Of a stretch of 64,000 nucleotides of DNA, positions 8,992 to 18,563 are shown one piece after another. Below the pieces are notes generated by a model. That model saw only the letters and a program-made list of their open reading frames with translations. It did not search any database and was not told where the DNA came from. The first letter of the stretch is position 1, and every line of letters starts with the position of its first letter. The DNA comes from Candidatus Methanosuratincola verstraetei (GTDB lineage Archaea; Thermoproteota; Methanomethylicia; Methanomethylicales; Methanomethylicaceae). Location of the stretch: assembly GCA_049570475.1 (NCBI GenBank), contig CP186953.1:512001-576000 (forward strand), given 5' to 3'. The position numbers and the translations under genes were made by a program.

Positions 8992-9993
8992 TCAATCACG
9001 GGTTGAGATCTCCTTCATCTCCCCGGGTTTCAGACCTAGTTTCTCAGATATCAGGGCCAACGCCGCAGCGACTGCCTCTTCAGGGGGGGCGGAGACTTTT
9101 GCGCTTGCCGCGGACGGATGCCCTCCACCGGTCCCGGAAAAGCGCTCGGCCATGGGGTGCATTACGCAGCTAGCGAGGTTCAGCGAGGTTGATCGCTGGA
9201 ACCGCTCATTGAGGCGCCCTGTTATGCGGGATGTGCTGTCCTCGCTGCTCACCACGAGCGCCAGGTCTGCACCCAGATCGGTCAGGGACCGCGCAACAGA
9301 GGCCTCGAATGCCCCTATTGTCGAAGTTGCAAAGATCCAGTCCCTCGCGCGGTAGAGCCGGACTCTCGCGACTCCCTTGAGGCGCGCTATCCTTTCTGAG
9401 ATGTCCTGCTCATTGAGCAGCATCTCGAGGGCAAGGGCAAAGTCCGCACCCCTCCGCATCATCTTCGATGCAGCCTTGATTGATGCATTCGGCTGGACGA
9501 GGAAGCGGCGGGAGTCGTATACGAGACCGGTCAGCAGCGCCTGGACCGCACGTCTGTCCAGGTACTTTTTTGGGATGGAACGGTAGACGATCTCGCATGT
9601 TGAAGAGGTCCGCATCAGCCTCGAGTAGACCGCGCCATCGAGGCAGCCCGACTCCTCGGTGTGGTGGTCGATTATTGCATAAGGGATCTTCCTACTAGCC
9701 ACCAGCCCCTTGACCTCTGGAAGTTGGTCCAGCGAGGGCATATCGACCAGCACCAGGAGCCCGCATGCATCGCCCAAAGAGGTTTCGAATTCGAGGTTTA
9801 GATACTCAATTAGTTTGGATGAAGCGGCGTTCACCCCATCCGGGGTTAGGATCGACACTGATACAGATGGGCTCCGGGCTTTTAGGGCTGACTTTATCGC
9901 ATATGCTGAACCTATGCAGTCCGGATCTGCATTCGGGTGGCAGACCAGGACGACCTTTCCGTATGAGGACAGGAACTCGAGAAGATCAGGCAA
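8992..9993 (-). CDS. DHH/DHHA1 phosphoesterase (NrnA-like, exosome superoperon)
   Basis: HPNADPD, VD, IDHH, GGGH..AA. Confidence 0.88.
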   Translation of the reverse strand: MPDLLEFLSSYGKVVLVCHPNADPDCIGSAYAIKSALKARSPSVSVSILTPDGVNAASSKLIEYLNLEFETSLGDACGLLVLVDMPSLDQLPEVKGLVASRKIPYAIIDHHTEESGCLDGAVYSRLMRTSSTCEIVYRSIPKKYLDRRAVQALLTGLVYDSRRFLVQPNASIKAASKMMRRGADFALALEMLLNEQDISERIARLKGVARVRLYRARDWIFATSTIGAFEASVARSLTDLGADLALVVSSEDSTSRITGRLNERFQRSTSLNLASCVMHPMAERFSGTGGGHPSAASAKVSAPPEEAVAAALALISEKLGLKPGEMKEISTRD

Positions 9994-10267
9994 CTCGCTT
10001 CGCCCGCACCTTTTCGTCGATCACTTCTAAAGCATGGTCGGCAGCCGCTTCGGCAAGCCGCTCCAAGTCCATGTCGACAATAGGATCAACTTGGATTTCG
10101 ACATCGGCATTGAAGTCCAGACCTGCAGGGGATTGCTCCGACGTGACCCTGACGTTGAGCGAGCGTATGAGGTGCCGGTCCAAGGCCGAGAGCACATACT
10201 CCCGCGCTGCGTTCTCCCCAGCCAGGCAAATCTCCTCAATCTCTTTCCTTGAAAGGAACGGCGGCAA
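9986..10267 (-). CDS. DUF3194-like conserved protein
   Basis: Acidic 93-aa ORF in the usual slot after prefoldin beta. Confidence 0.65.
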   Translation of the reverse strand: MPPFLSRKEIEEICLAGENAAREYVLSALDRHLIRSLNVRVTSEQSPAGLDFNADVEIQVDPIVDMDLERLAEAAADHALEVIDEKVRAKRVA

Positions 10268-10277
10268 ACCCGTAACA

Positions 10278-10640
10278 CTATCCAGAGACGGGTGTCCTTC
10301 CGGAGACTTGCTCCATTATCGACTTGCGGAGTTCTTCCAGCTGCTGCTTTAGCCTGAGCTCCTGCTTCTCAACGGTCTTTATTCTGAGGTCAAGCTCCTC
10401 TTTCTTCTCGGTCAGCTCCGCAACGACCTTCTGCTTATCGGTCCTGAAGAGGAGGACTCCTACGGACTTGTAGACCACAGCGTCATCAGCTAGGGATTTG
10501 CTCTCATTGAGTGCTTTTTCAAGCTCCCTGCTCTCATACTCGAACTGCTGCTTCCTAAGCACAATTGCCTTCAGCTGTTCCTGCATTTCCTGGAACCTGA
10601 TCAACTGGTTCTGTACCTGTGGCGGTATCTTTTCGGCCAT
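10278..10640 (-). CDS. pfdB: Prefoldin subunit beta
   Basis: IPPQVQNQL, VYKSVG.LL, coiled coils. Confidence 0.95.
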   Translation of the reverse strand: MAEKIPPQVQNQLIRFQEMQEQLKAIVLRKQQFEYESRELEKALNESKSLADDAVVYKSVGVLLFRTDKQKVVAELTEKKEELDLRIKTVEKQELRLKQQLEELRKSIMEQVSGRTPVSG

Positions 10641-10642
10641 TG

Positions 10643-10888
10643 TCAATCACCTAATTCCATAACCTCAAGAGATGTAGACAGCCAGCGTATATAAGAATTG
10701 AGTAGGGCGCGCAGTGCCGCAACCGACGAGGCTTCGATCTTCAACAGAATGGCTCCGCCTTCCTTCGAAATCGAGACCTTGGCTATCCCAGGTTTTGTGT
10801 GTTTAACCTCTGGGATTATTGAGGCAAAAAGGGCGGATGCCCTGCTCTCTTCCTCAAAATCTATCTTCAACAAAGATGAAGCGCTCAT
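10643..10888 (-). CDS. pcc1: KEOPS Pcc1 family protein (prefoldin locus)
   Basis: SIIPE...IEA....LRALLNSYIRW. Confidence 0.85.
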   Translation of the reverse strand: MSASSLLKIDFEEESRASALFASIIPEVKHTKPGIAKVSISKEGGAILLKIEASSVAALRALLNSYIRWLSTSLEVMELGD

Positions 10889-11415
10889 AAACCGCACCTG
10901 AATGATCTCAAGTAGATGGAGGGGCCGCACGGGAGCTTTGAGACGCTGTCAATAAAAAAGATCTCTGGCGCCCCATGGGAAAATTCGAGGCGCAACTCGG
11001 TCGCCTTCGCCCCGGAGTTGGGGGAGGCGTGTTCGCCCAGCATCTGCTTCAGGCACTCGTAAAGCGGGATCAGATCCTCCCTCTCTGGAGCGGGGAGGAC
11101 CAACGGCCTGTGTCTTGTGCTCGTCGGCGACCTGACTGCGAGCTCCCTGATAAGCTGCACGCGCTTTATGAGCAAAGACGCGACCGGTCTTGGATCCCCT
11201 GTTTTATAGCATTCAATGAGGCTCGGCCCTCCGAATCTGCTATGCACTAACCACAGCTTCGAAGAGTTTTTGCTCCGGGCATATTCAAAAAGGTAGGGCA
11301 GGCTTGTTTTGCCCCGAGTAAATGTAGAAAAGGCCGCGCAGCATGCGGCCAAGTCGTTGCAGAGGGTCCTTGTCCTCTGGCTGGGCCTGAGCGAAGTTGT
11401 CAGCAGTATGGTCAT
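10885..11415 (-). CDS. Brix-domain ribosome biogenesis protein (Imp4-like)
   Basis: LLTTS.RPS.RTR.LCNDL, RGK.SL; position in the exosome operon. Confidence 0.85.
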   Translation of the reverse strand: MTILLTTSLRPSQRTRTLCNDLAACCAAFSTFTRGKTSLPYLFEYARSKNSSKLWLVHSRFGGPSLIECYKTGDPRPVASLLIKRVQLIRELAVRSPTSTRHRPLVLPAPEREDLIPLYECLKQMLGEHASPNSGAKATELRLEFSHGAPEIFFIDSVSKLPCGPSIYLRSFRCGL

Positions 11416-11437
11416 AAAAGACCGACATCTACTGACT

Positions 11438-11701
11438 TTACTTCAGCTTGAGCTCGTCGGGCGTCAGTGTCTTGCCAAGCGTGGTCTGGGGCACAAATGC
11501 GCCGCCGGCAAAGCGAACGCCGCACGCCCTGCAGTCCCAAATCCCCGCTGCCACACGAACAAGCTTATCGACCGACTTGCACTTTGGGCACCGGAGACCC
11601 TTCTCGGATTTTTGCTCAATGGCAAGCAGGCGCTTCCTCAGCGTTGCGCCGTACCTCGGGCCGAACCTTCCTGCAGACTTGACGGATTTTGTCTTTGCCA
11701 T
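11438..11701 (-). CDS. rpl37ae: 50S ribosomal protein L37Ae (eL43)
   Basis: GRFGPRYG..LRK, CPKC, GIW.C..CG..FAGGA. Confidence 0.97.
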   Translation of the reverse strand: MAKTKSVKSAGRFGPRYGATLRKRLLAIEQKSEKGLRCPKCKSVDKLVRVAAGIWDCRACGVRFAGGAFVPQTTLGKTLTPDELKLK

Positions 11702-12531
11702 TAGTACTCACCAACCTTGTCGCAGTTGAGCTTAAGAGACTCAACCACCTTCTTGCGGATTTCCTGGCTTTTATCTTTAGCTATTTCAACTGCGCGGAGA
11801 ACCTCTTCTGGGGTGAGGTACCCAGACTCACCTTTCTGCATCGCACAGAGCATCCCGTTCTGCTTGAAGGCTACGCTTAACCTGCAGTCAAGGACCTCTT
11901 CCTCCTCGAAGGAAGGATCCACGAAAAGCTTGTTGCCTATTTTTGCCAGTGTGATGTTTATCGGAATGTCGGTCAACGGCATAGGCAGGCGCTTTCCTGT
12001 GAGCTTGACTGTATCGCCCTCTATGCATGCCTCAGGCATCGATGCAGTTAGCATCGCTGAGAGGGCGGCCAACGCAGCAGCATCAATGAGGTTGCCGCAG
12101 TGGTCAAGTATGTAGACGTCCACATGGACTATCCAGACCTTCTTCCCTGGGATCAGGCAAAGCTTTGTTGTGTCCAAGACCTTGGATTCCCTGAGACCCC
12201 GGTCAACGACCCTCGCAAGCTCAACCGCCACCTCGTCCGGCTTGCCAGGCTCGAACTCTGGGGAGGCAAACGGCACGAACTCGGCGCCTACTTGCATCAC
12301 GCCCTCGTTAGGGATGTCCGGGAATGGATCGCCCACTTCGAACTTGATGCCTGCAATCACTTTGGTGCCGCCTATTGAGACCAGGGCTGATCCTTCCGCT
12401 TTCTCTACAAGCCCTGTCTGGATCGTTACCTCCCTGTAGTCGGTCAGCGTCCTGCCGTCCATCCTCCTGCCGCTCTCCGAGAGCTCGATTATCTGTCTTC
12501 TCTTAACCGTCGGGACTATCCTCTGGCTCAT
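11701..12531 (-). CDS. rrp42: Exosome component Rrp42
   Basis: R.DGR, KAEGSA, PFPDIPNEG, ELARVVDRGLRES. Confidence 0.96.
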   Translation of the reverse strand: MSQRIVPTVKRRQIIELSESGRRMDGRTLTDYREVTIQTGLVEKAEGSALVSIGGTKVIAGIKFEVGDPFPDIPNEGVMQVGAEFVPFASPEFEPGKPDEVAVELARVVDRGLRESKVLDTTKLCLIPGKKVWIVHVDVYILDHCGNLIDAAALAALSAMLTASMPEACIEGDTVKLTGKRLPMPLTDIPINITLAKIGNKLFVDPSFEEEEVLDCRLSVAFKQNGMLCAMQKGESGYLTPEEVLRAVEIAKDKSQEIRKKVVESLKLNCDKVGEY

Positions 12532-12534
12532 CGC

Positions 12535-13278
12535 TCATGCCTCCTCCTCATTAGAAACTGCGCCCTTGAAGTGACTCTCAATCGCTTCCTTCTGCTTTTT
12601 GTAGACCTCAATGCAGCCCTTCTTCAGCAGCTCAATCGACTGCAGGAACTCGTCATGTGTGATCTGCCCATCCATCTGCAGCAAGGTCACGGCATTCTTT
12701 GACGGCATATATGCCATCGGCATGTCGGACTCTCCGGCCTTGTCCTCCTTGTCCTGGACGTCCAAGACTAGCTTCCCCTCCACCTTTCCGACTGCTATGC
12801 TCGCAACAAGGTCCCGCATCGGTATGCCAGCATCAACAAGCGCCAGCGAGGCAGCCGAGATTGAAGCACACCTGGTGCTGCCATCGGCCTGTAGGACCTC
12901 TATGAATATGTCAATGCTTGTCCTAGGGAAGAACTCGACAAAGATCGCGGGCTCAAGCGCCTCGCGAATGACTTTGGATAGCTCCACCTCCCTCCTTGAT
13001 GGCGCCGGGGACTTCCACTCTTCAACTGAGAAAGAGGCCATCCGGTAGTAAGCCTCGACCCTTGCCTTGTCTGAAAGGGCGAGGTGCTTAGGATGGGACT
13101 CCCTCGGACCCATTACACCAACAAGAATCTTGGTTCTCCCCCACTCAACATAGGCTGAACCGTCAGTGTTCTTCAGGACGCCCAGCTGGAACTTTATAGG
13201 TCGAATCTCGTCCAGCCGTCTTCCGTCGCACCTTATTCCATCCTCAGATATTAATCTCTCAATCTTTGACTCGCTCAT
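12535..13278 (-). CDS. rrp41: Exosome exonuclease Rrp41
   Basis: DGSAYVEWG, GPRE.HPKH, PSRREVELS, QADGSTR. Confidence 0.97.
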   Translation of the reverse strand: MSESKIERLISEDGIRCDGRRLDEIRPIKFQLGVLKNTDGSAYVEWGRTKILVGVMGPRESHPKHLALSDKARVEAYYRMASFSVEEWKSPAPSRREVELSKVIREALEPAIFVEFFPRTSIDIFIEVLQADGSTRCASISAASLALVDAGIPMRDLVASIAVGKVEGKLVLDVQDKEDKAGESDMPMAYMPSKNAVTLLQMDGQITHDEFLQSIELLKKGCIEVYKKQKEAIESHFKGAVSNEEEA

Positions 13279-13282
13279 AATT

Positions 13283-13969
13283 TCACCTTCTCTTGTTGAC
13301 CAAAAATTCCCTTACCCTGTCTGTGAGACCGGTGGTGTGAGCCTCGGCCTCTATCTTGCGGATCGCCTCAGCAATTATGGCTTCCTCGTCCCGGGATTTT
13401 CCGGATATCCATACCCTTCCGTTCTGACCTACGAGGATTTGTGCACCAGTCTCTTTCTTCAGCATTGTTATCATTGATCCTTTCTTCCCGATTATCCGCG
13501 GGACCCTTGTGAAGTCCACATCTATTACTGTGCCCCGGTGTATCTTGCCGAGACCGTGATCCCTCGCAGTCAAGGATGGGTTCCTCGTCCTGTCAAAGGC
13601 CATGACTGTGGCGATCACCATCTCACCAATGTCCAAATACTTCCTGGCCTCTTCCTTGAGAGGGTTCAGCGGCTTGGACAGGAACTCTGAGGCGAAGAGA
13701 ACCCCTTGGTACGGGGACCTTATGTCGAGCATCCATGCAGTGGATATGCACTCGACAACCTTGCCGATCACCACGTCTCCCGGCTGAGGGATATAGCAAC
13801 CCCTCAGAGGGATTACCGAGATCACATTGTTCCTGATGTCGGCGAGCCCGACCATCGAGGAATAGTATTTTCCGCCCTCACGATACACATTGAATCCGGA
13901 CTGGTAATTCCCTTCGGCAAGAAGTGTGCCAGGGGAAACCAGCTGTCTTGGTTCAAAGAAAGTCGTCAT
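13283..13969 (-). CDS. rrp4: Exosome RNA-binding protein Rrp4
   Basis: YIP..GD.VIG, KH motif VPRIIGKKGSMI, GQNG, EAHTTGLT. Confidence 0.96.
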   Translation of the reverse strand: MTTFFEPRQLVSPGTLLAEGNYQSGFNVYREGGKYYSSMVGLADIRNNVISVIPLRGCYIPQPGDVVIGKVVECISTAWMLDIRSPYQGVLFASEFLSKPLNPLKEEARKYLDIGEMVIATVMAFDRTRNPSLTARDHGLGKIHRGTVIDVDFTRVPRIIGKKGSMITMLKKETGAQILVGQNGRVWISGKSRDEEAIIAEAIRKIEAEAHTTGLTDRVREFLVNKRR

Positions 13970-13978
13970 TCAAACACC

Positions 13979-14677
13979 TCATAGCTTTTTGATATCAATT
14001 TCACAATTACCCCTTGTCAGCTCGTTTATGCGGTCCACAAAGCTCTGCTGTATGCCAGCAGGCAGAACCATTTCTCCCCTCCAAGATCCATCCGAGAGCC
14101 ACTCCGACCGCGTCACGTTGCCCATCTTTGAGATGACGCTGTAGACCCGCCTCGCATGGGCTGAGGGGATGCCTATCTTCGCTACCACTTGAGAGATCTT
14201 CAGGGGAAGCTCAGTCCTCAGGGACTTTATTACATCCTGAGCCTGTTCCTCGACCGATCTGAAAGGGTCTATGCTCACCCTCACGTTTTCCATCGCGTTC
14301 TCTATCCGCTGAGGGGGGTGAGGCAACCCAGTCTTCGGGTCAATGCAATTGCGCGATATGAAGTTGACTATCTGCTTCCGCTTGTTCTCGATCATCTCGC
14401 GGCGCTGTTCAGTCGTGAGCTGGAGCTCGCCCTTCTTGATAATCGAGGCGGCAACAGCCTTCGGATCCTCGGTGCCGAAGTTCTTCTTCAGGGACTCCTC
14501 AGATGCCTTCAGACCCTTGCTGGCATCCTTGTAGATGATCTCGCTCACGAGGAGCTCCTTGAAGTCGACTTCCTTGCCATTCTTGAGCGCCCAGGCGAGA
14601 TCTGGGTCTACCATCACCTCAAAGTGCTCTCCTCTAATCACTAGCCTGGCAATGACCGACTTCTCTTCTTTCGGCAT
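13979..14677 (-). CDS. Ribosome maturation factor SBDS/Sdo1
   Basis: [35 protein letters not shown]. Confidence 0.96.
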   Translation of the reverse strand: MPKEEKSVIARLVIRGEHFEVMVDPDLAWALKNGKEVDFKELLVSEIIYKDASKGLKASEESLKKNFGTEDPKAVAASIIKKGELQLTTEQRREMIENKRKQIVNFISRNCIDPKTGLPHPPQRIENAMENVRVSIDPFRSVEEQAQDVIKSLRTELPLKISQVVAKIGIPSAHARRVYSVISKMGNVTRSEWLSDGSWRGEMVLPAGIQQSFVDRINELTRGNCEIDIKKL

Positions 14678-14681
14678 GAGC

Positions 14682-15404
14682 CTACGCCTTTAGCTTTTCT
14701 ATGTATTCCATAAGCTTTTGGGGCGGGAGGTTCTCGAATTTCCCAGTCTCTGTCCGGAGTATTGCCATCTCAACCTTGGTGGAGTCGAGGCTCCCCTCTA
14801 TAACTGAGGCGAGTGCCTTCAGCGCCAGCATTATGGCATCATCTACCTTGAGGTCCTGCTGGTAGTTCTTTTCGAAGAACTCGGTTACCGTCTGGCTTCC
14901 GGCGCCTATCGAAACGGCATAGTATCCCGCGTATGCACCGCTAGGCTCAGTCATGAAGAGCTTCGGCCCAAACCTGTCTACGCCTGCAATGAGCAGGGCC
15001 ACCCCGAATGGCCTGACGCCCGCGTGTTGCGTGTAGATCTGCTTCACTTCACTCACTTTCTTGGTCAGGACCTCGACATCGATCGTCTCATCATAAAGCA
15101 TCCTGTTTATTTGGGCCTCCTGCCTCGCCCGCTCAATCAGGATCCTTGCGTCAGAGGAGAGCCCTGCAAAAGTTGCGCCCACGTGCTCGTCGATCTTGAG
15201 GATTTTTTCCATTGATGCTGGATCGATTAGGGGGCTAATCCTCTTCTTCTCCACCGCGAGGACTACGCCGTTCGTGCACCTGATCCCGATAGCAGTCCAA
15301 CCGCGCCTAACTGCCTCGAGGGCATATTCAACTTGGAAGAGGCGACCATCAGGCGAGAATATCGTGATCGCACGATCATAACCCATTCCTGGAGGGCTAA
15401 ACAT
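14682..15404 (-). CDS. psmA: Proteasome subunit alpha
   Basis: [28 protein letters not shown]. Confidence 0.98.
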   Translation of the reverse strand: MFSPPGMGYDRAITIFSPDGRLFQVEYALEAVRRGWTAIGIRCTNGVVLAVEKKRISPLIDPASMEKILKIDEHVGATFAGLSSDARILIERARQEAQINRMLYDETIDVEVLTKKVSEVKQIYTQHAGVRPFGVALLIAGVDRFGPKLFMTEPSGAYAGYYAVSIGAGSQTVTEFFEKNYQQDLKVDDAIMLALKALASVIEGSLDSTKVEMAILRTETGKFENLPPQKLMEYIEKLKA

Positions 15405-15499
15405 TTCATTTCACCACATGTAACAGCGACATATTACGCTAATGATATTTTACTTTCAGCATAAAAGACTATGCACATTTTATATTCTTTTCGCACAGA

Positions 15500-16405
15500 C
15501 TACTCAGTAGCCAGTGCCATCAGCAGATCTCTCTCGGTGAGTATGCCGATAATGCTGCCGCCGTCCTCAACAAGCACTGCCCCGACCCCGCTGGTCCTTA
15601 TCAGCGGTGCGACATCCCCTAGCTTGTCCTGCGGATGCACCCTCAGGGCGCCCTCACTCATTATCTCCTTCGCGGGAACCGAGATCACCTGATCCATCTC
15701 GTCCAATATGATCTTCCTGAACGCCTTCCCTTCGCCAAAGTATCTGACTATATCCATCGTAGTGACGATCCCCCTGACGTCAGCCCCCTCCACGAGTGGG
15801 ATCCTCCTGAACCCGTTAGAGACCATGAGCCGGGCAATTGATTTTATCGTTACGTTCGGTGACGCCATCACTGGGTTTCTGGACATGTAATCCTCAACCA
15901 CCCCGGTCATCGATCTACCCGAGAGGTACCTCACCACATCATACTCGGTTATTATCCCCTTCAGTATGCCGCCGTCCACAACAGGGACCGAACCGACATT
16001 CTCACGGATCATCTTCCCGAGCACATCAGAGAAGGTCTCCTTGACATCGGCGCAGATGACCTCTCTTGTCATTATCGACTCCACCGGGGCGTAAAGCGCG
16101 GAGAAGAATCGCCCTCCATACCTGAGCTTGACAAGGTTGTAGTACTCTCCGCCACCGAAGAAATTTACCATGTCCGTGGCAGTGACGATCCCTGTGAGCT
16201 CCCCCTTGCTTGTGGTTATCGGGATCCTCCTTATCCCATTGGAGAGCATCATGTCTATTGCCTTAATTATTGGGGTGCTGGCGGTTGCGGAGATCACGGG
16301 CTTCTGAACCAGATATTCCAGCTCTTTTGGCTTGCTGTAGACGGTGTTAGAGAAATTCGGGGTTCCATCGCTCCTCAAAAATCCCCTCACTACCCTTCGG
16401 CTCAT
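15500..16405 (-). CDS. Tandem CBS-domain protein (4 CBS repeats)
   Basis: Repeated RRIP/GIVT..D and GII/LTE.D CBS motifs. Confidence 0.9.
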   Translation of the reverse strand: MSRRVVRGFLRSDGTPNFSNTVYSKPKELEYLVQKPVISATASTPIIKAIDMMLSNGIRRIPITTSKGELTGIVTATDMVNFFGGGEYYNLVKLRYGGRFFSALYAPVESIMTREVICADVKETFSDVLGKMIRENVGSVPVVDGGILKGIITEYDVVRYLSGRSMTGVVEDYMSRNPVMASPNVTIKSIARLMVSNGFRRIPLVEGADVRGIVTTMDIVRYFGEGKAFRKIILDEMDQVISVPAKEIMSEGALRVHPQDKLGDVAPLIRTSGVGAVLVEDGGSIIGILTERDLLMALATE

Positions 16406-16467
16406 AACAAATTCCACATGATCATACTATGCGAGGCATCTAAAAAAGTGTTTGATGGAGGAGGCGG

Positions 16468-17889
16468 CTACTGCCGTATGCGGTGTTTGTGTGCCTCGTA
16501 GAATTCAGGCATGTGCTTCTCGACTAGGCTCAGCATCTCTTCGTCGCTGATCGAGAGGGCCTCCCCGGAATCAAACTTTTTGAGCACTTCCTTGTAGATC
16601 TTCATTACCCCCTCAGATTCCTTGTCCACCTTCTCCCCGTTCTTAAGACCAAAGTAGTAGTTTATCCAGAATGCAACGCCCGCGTTTCCGGAGTACGGGG
16701 TTATCGACACTCCAGGGGGGACGCCAAGCAGCTTCTCCGTGTCGAAAGGCAGGTACATCTCTATGTTTTTCAGGGCCCCGTCTGCATGGATGCCCGCCCT
16801 CGTAACGTTGAAGTTCCTTCCAACGATTGGGTAGTAGGGAGGTATGTAGTAGCCAATATTCCGCCGGTAATAGTGCGCCATCTCTGTGATTGCGAGCGTG
16901 TTCATCCCGTCCAGCCCTCCCTTCAGACCGGAGTATATGAATACCATAGCCTCGAGCGGGACATTGCCAGCGCGCTCGCCGATCCCTAGCAGGGTCGTGT
17001 TGTTAAGCGAAGCCCCGTACATCCAAGCGGCCGTGGCGTTGGCTATACCGAGGTGAAAGTCGTTGTGGCCGTGGAACTCGAGGTACTCGGAAGGGACTCC
17101 AGCAAGCTGCCGCATGAGATAGAATATCTTGGGTATGCTTCTGGGCAACGCAGCCTTTGACCAAGGCAGCCCGAGCCCCAGGGTATCAGGAATCCTTAGT
17201 TTCACAGGAATCCCGTATTTCTCTGAAAGCTGCATGAGTCGCTTGGCAAATGGGATCACGACCCCCAAGATGTCGGCACGGGTGCAGTCCTCCACATGTG
17301 CGCGCATGATTATGCCAGATTTTAGCCCCTCCTCCACAACATCGAGGTATTTCTGGATCACCTGGGAGCGGCTCAAGCCCTTGAACTTGTAGAATATGTG
17401 GTAGTCCGAAATGGACGCCAGCATCCCGACCTCGTCGACTTTGGCCTCCTTGGCTATCTTGAGGTCTTCTTTGCTGGCCCTGATCCACCCTGTGATCCGG
17501 GGGTAATCAAACCCGAGTTCTCTTACCCTTGATACTGCCTCTTTGTCCCTCTGGGTGTAGAGGAAGAACTCGGACATGAGGATCTTGCCTTTTGGCCCTC
17601 CTATGCGGTGGAGAAAGGTGTAGAGGTCTACTATCTGGTTCACCGTGTACGGATCCCTTGACTGCTGCCCGTCCCGGAAGGTCGTGTCAGTTATCCAGAG
17701 ATTATCAGGGACTTCCATAGGGACATCTATGCCGTCCCAGATAATCTTTGGGGGGGATTCGAACGGGAATATGTCCTTGTAGATCTTTGGGGATTGAGTC
17801 TCAGCAACCTCGTACTCAGAATAGTCTATCCGCTCTCCCTTCAACGCCTTGAGAAGGTCGTCACGCGCCTTTTCGTTCAAGAGGGACAT
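16468..17889 (-). CDS. DRE-TIM metallolyase, probably Re-citrate synthase
   Basis: ITDTTFRDGQQ, LH.IGGP.G.I..SEFFLY, SDYHIF.K, EFHGHNDF, GIGERAGN, TRAGIHADG. Confidence 0.8.
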   Translation of the reverse strand: MSLLNEKARDDLLKALKGERIDYSEYEVAETQSPKIYKDIFPFESPPKIIWDGIDVPMEVPDNLWITDTTFRDGQQSRDPYTVNQIVDLYTFLHRIGGPKGKILMSEFFLYTQRDKEAVSRVRELGFDYPRITGWIRASKEDLKIAKEAKVDEVGMLASISDYHIFYKFKGLSRSQVIQKYLDVVEEGLKSGIIMRAHVEDCTRADILGVVIPFAKRLMQLSEKYGIPVKLRIPDTLGLGLPWSKAALPRSIPKIFYLMRQLAGVPSEYLEFHGHNDFHLGIANATAAWMYGASLNNTTLLGIGERAGNVPLEAMVFIYSGLKGGLDGMNTLAITEMAHYYRRNIGYYIPPYYPIVGRNFNVTRAGIHADGALKNIEMYLPFDTEKLLGVPPGVSITPYSGNAGVAFWINYYFGLKNGEKVDKESEGVMKIYKEVLKKFDSGEALSISDEEMLSLVEKHMPEFYEAHKHRIRQ

Positions 17890-18115
17890 CCACTATACAC
17901 TCCGGGAAACAAATGGTTTATTATTTAATAGCTTTTAAATATATCGCTTGAAAAGTGAACTTGAATTAGTCTTCACCATTAACATTAAAAAATATTTCAA
18001 ATTCGCCATGTTTGACTATAATGATGTTTGAAAAAAGGGCATGCAGGCTCAAAAAAATTTAGAAAAATGCAAGAATTGCCTTTCTTTTTTTGAAAAAAGA
18101 ATTTACAAATGTAAA

Positions 18116-18215
18116 GTGGGCGCAGGGCATTCCCCTGCGGGGCTTTCGCCCTCAGTCCGTCGCAGGTTCAACATCTTTAGCATTCTGACTTGACTGGGAC
18201 GGCTTCTTCATCCCC
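18116..18215 (-). ncRNA. Box C/D-like guide sRNA with a 3' hairpin extension
   Basis: C ATGAAGA (18205-18211), D' CAGA, C' ATGTTGA, 12-nt guide, D CTGA (18152-18155); the first guide is complementary to the conserved 23S P-loop sequence. Confidence 0.7.
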
Positions 18216-18220
18216 AACCC

Positions 18221-18520
18221 CTAATTCCCGCGTATCTCTTTTATTTTTTCCTTCGCCTTCTTTATGGTCCCAGCCGAGACGATCGAGGTTGCGTGCCCCC
18301 CTGAGAGCTGCAGTTCGATCCTGCGTCCCAGGCTGCACTGGATGGCCTTCAGCGCCATTTGATCCAGCTTTACAATTGCGTACTGCCCGTCAGAACCGAC
18401 CAATTTTATCCTGGATTCCGGTGGCGAGAACTTGGCTATGGCGGTGGGGATCAGGCGGGGGTTAAGCCCCCCGGAGCTTTTGAACACCAAGTACCTAGTC
18501 CTGAGATCCCTGCACTTCAA
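18221..18520 (-). CDS. Short Pop5/Rpp14-like RNase P protein
   Basis: N-terminal R.RYLVF and C-terminal AGTIKKAKEK; usual Pop5 slot after L15e and COG1325. Confidence 0.6.
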   Translation of the reverse strand: MKCRDLRTRYLVFKSSGGLNPRLIPTAIAKFSPPESRIKLVGSDGQYAIVKLDQMALKAIQCSLGRRIELQLSGGHATSIVSAGTIKKAKEKIKEIRGN

Positions 18521-18563
18521 AACATATCCCCAAATAAAGTATTCCAGACAAGGATAAAAAAAT

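Noticed and set aside
18116-18215. TPP or other known riboswitch (GAACCUG...CGCAGGGGAA resemblance)
   Set aside because: It lacks the TPP CUGAGA and P5 elements; the C/D box layout fits better
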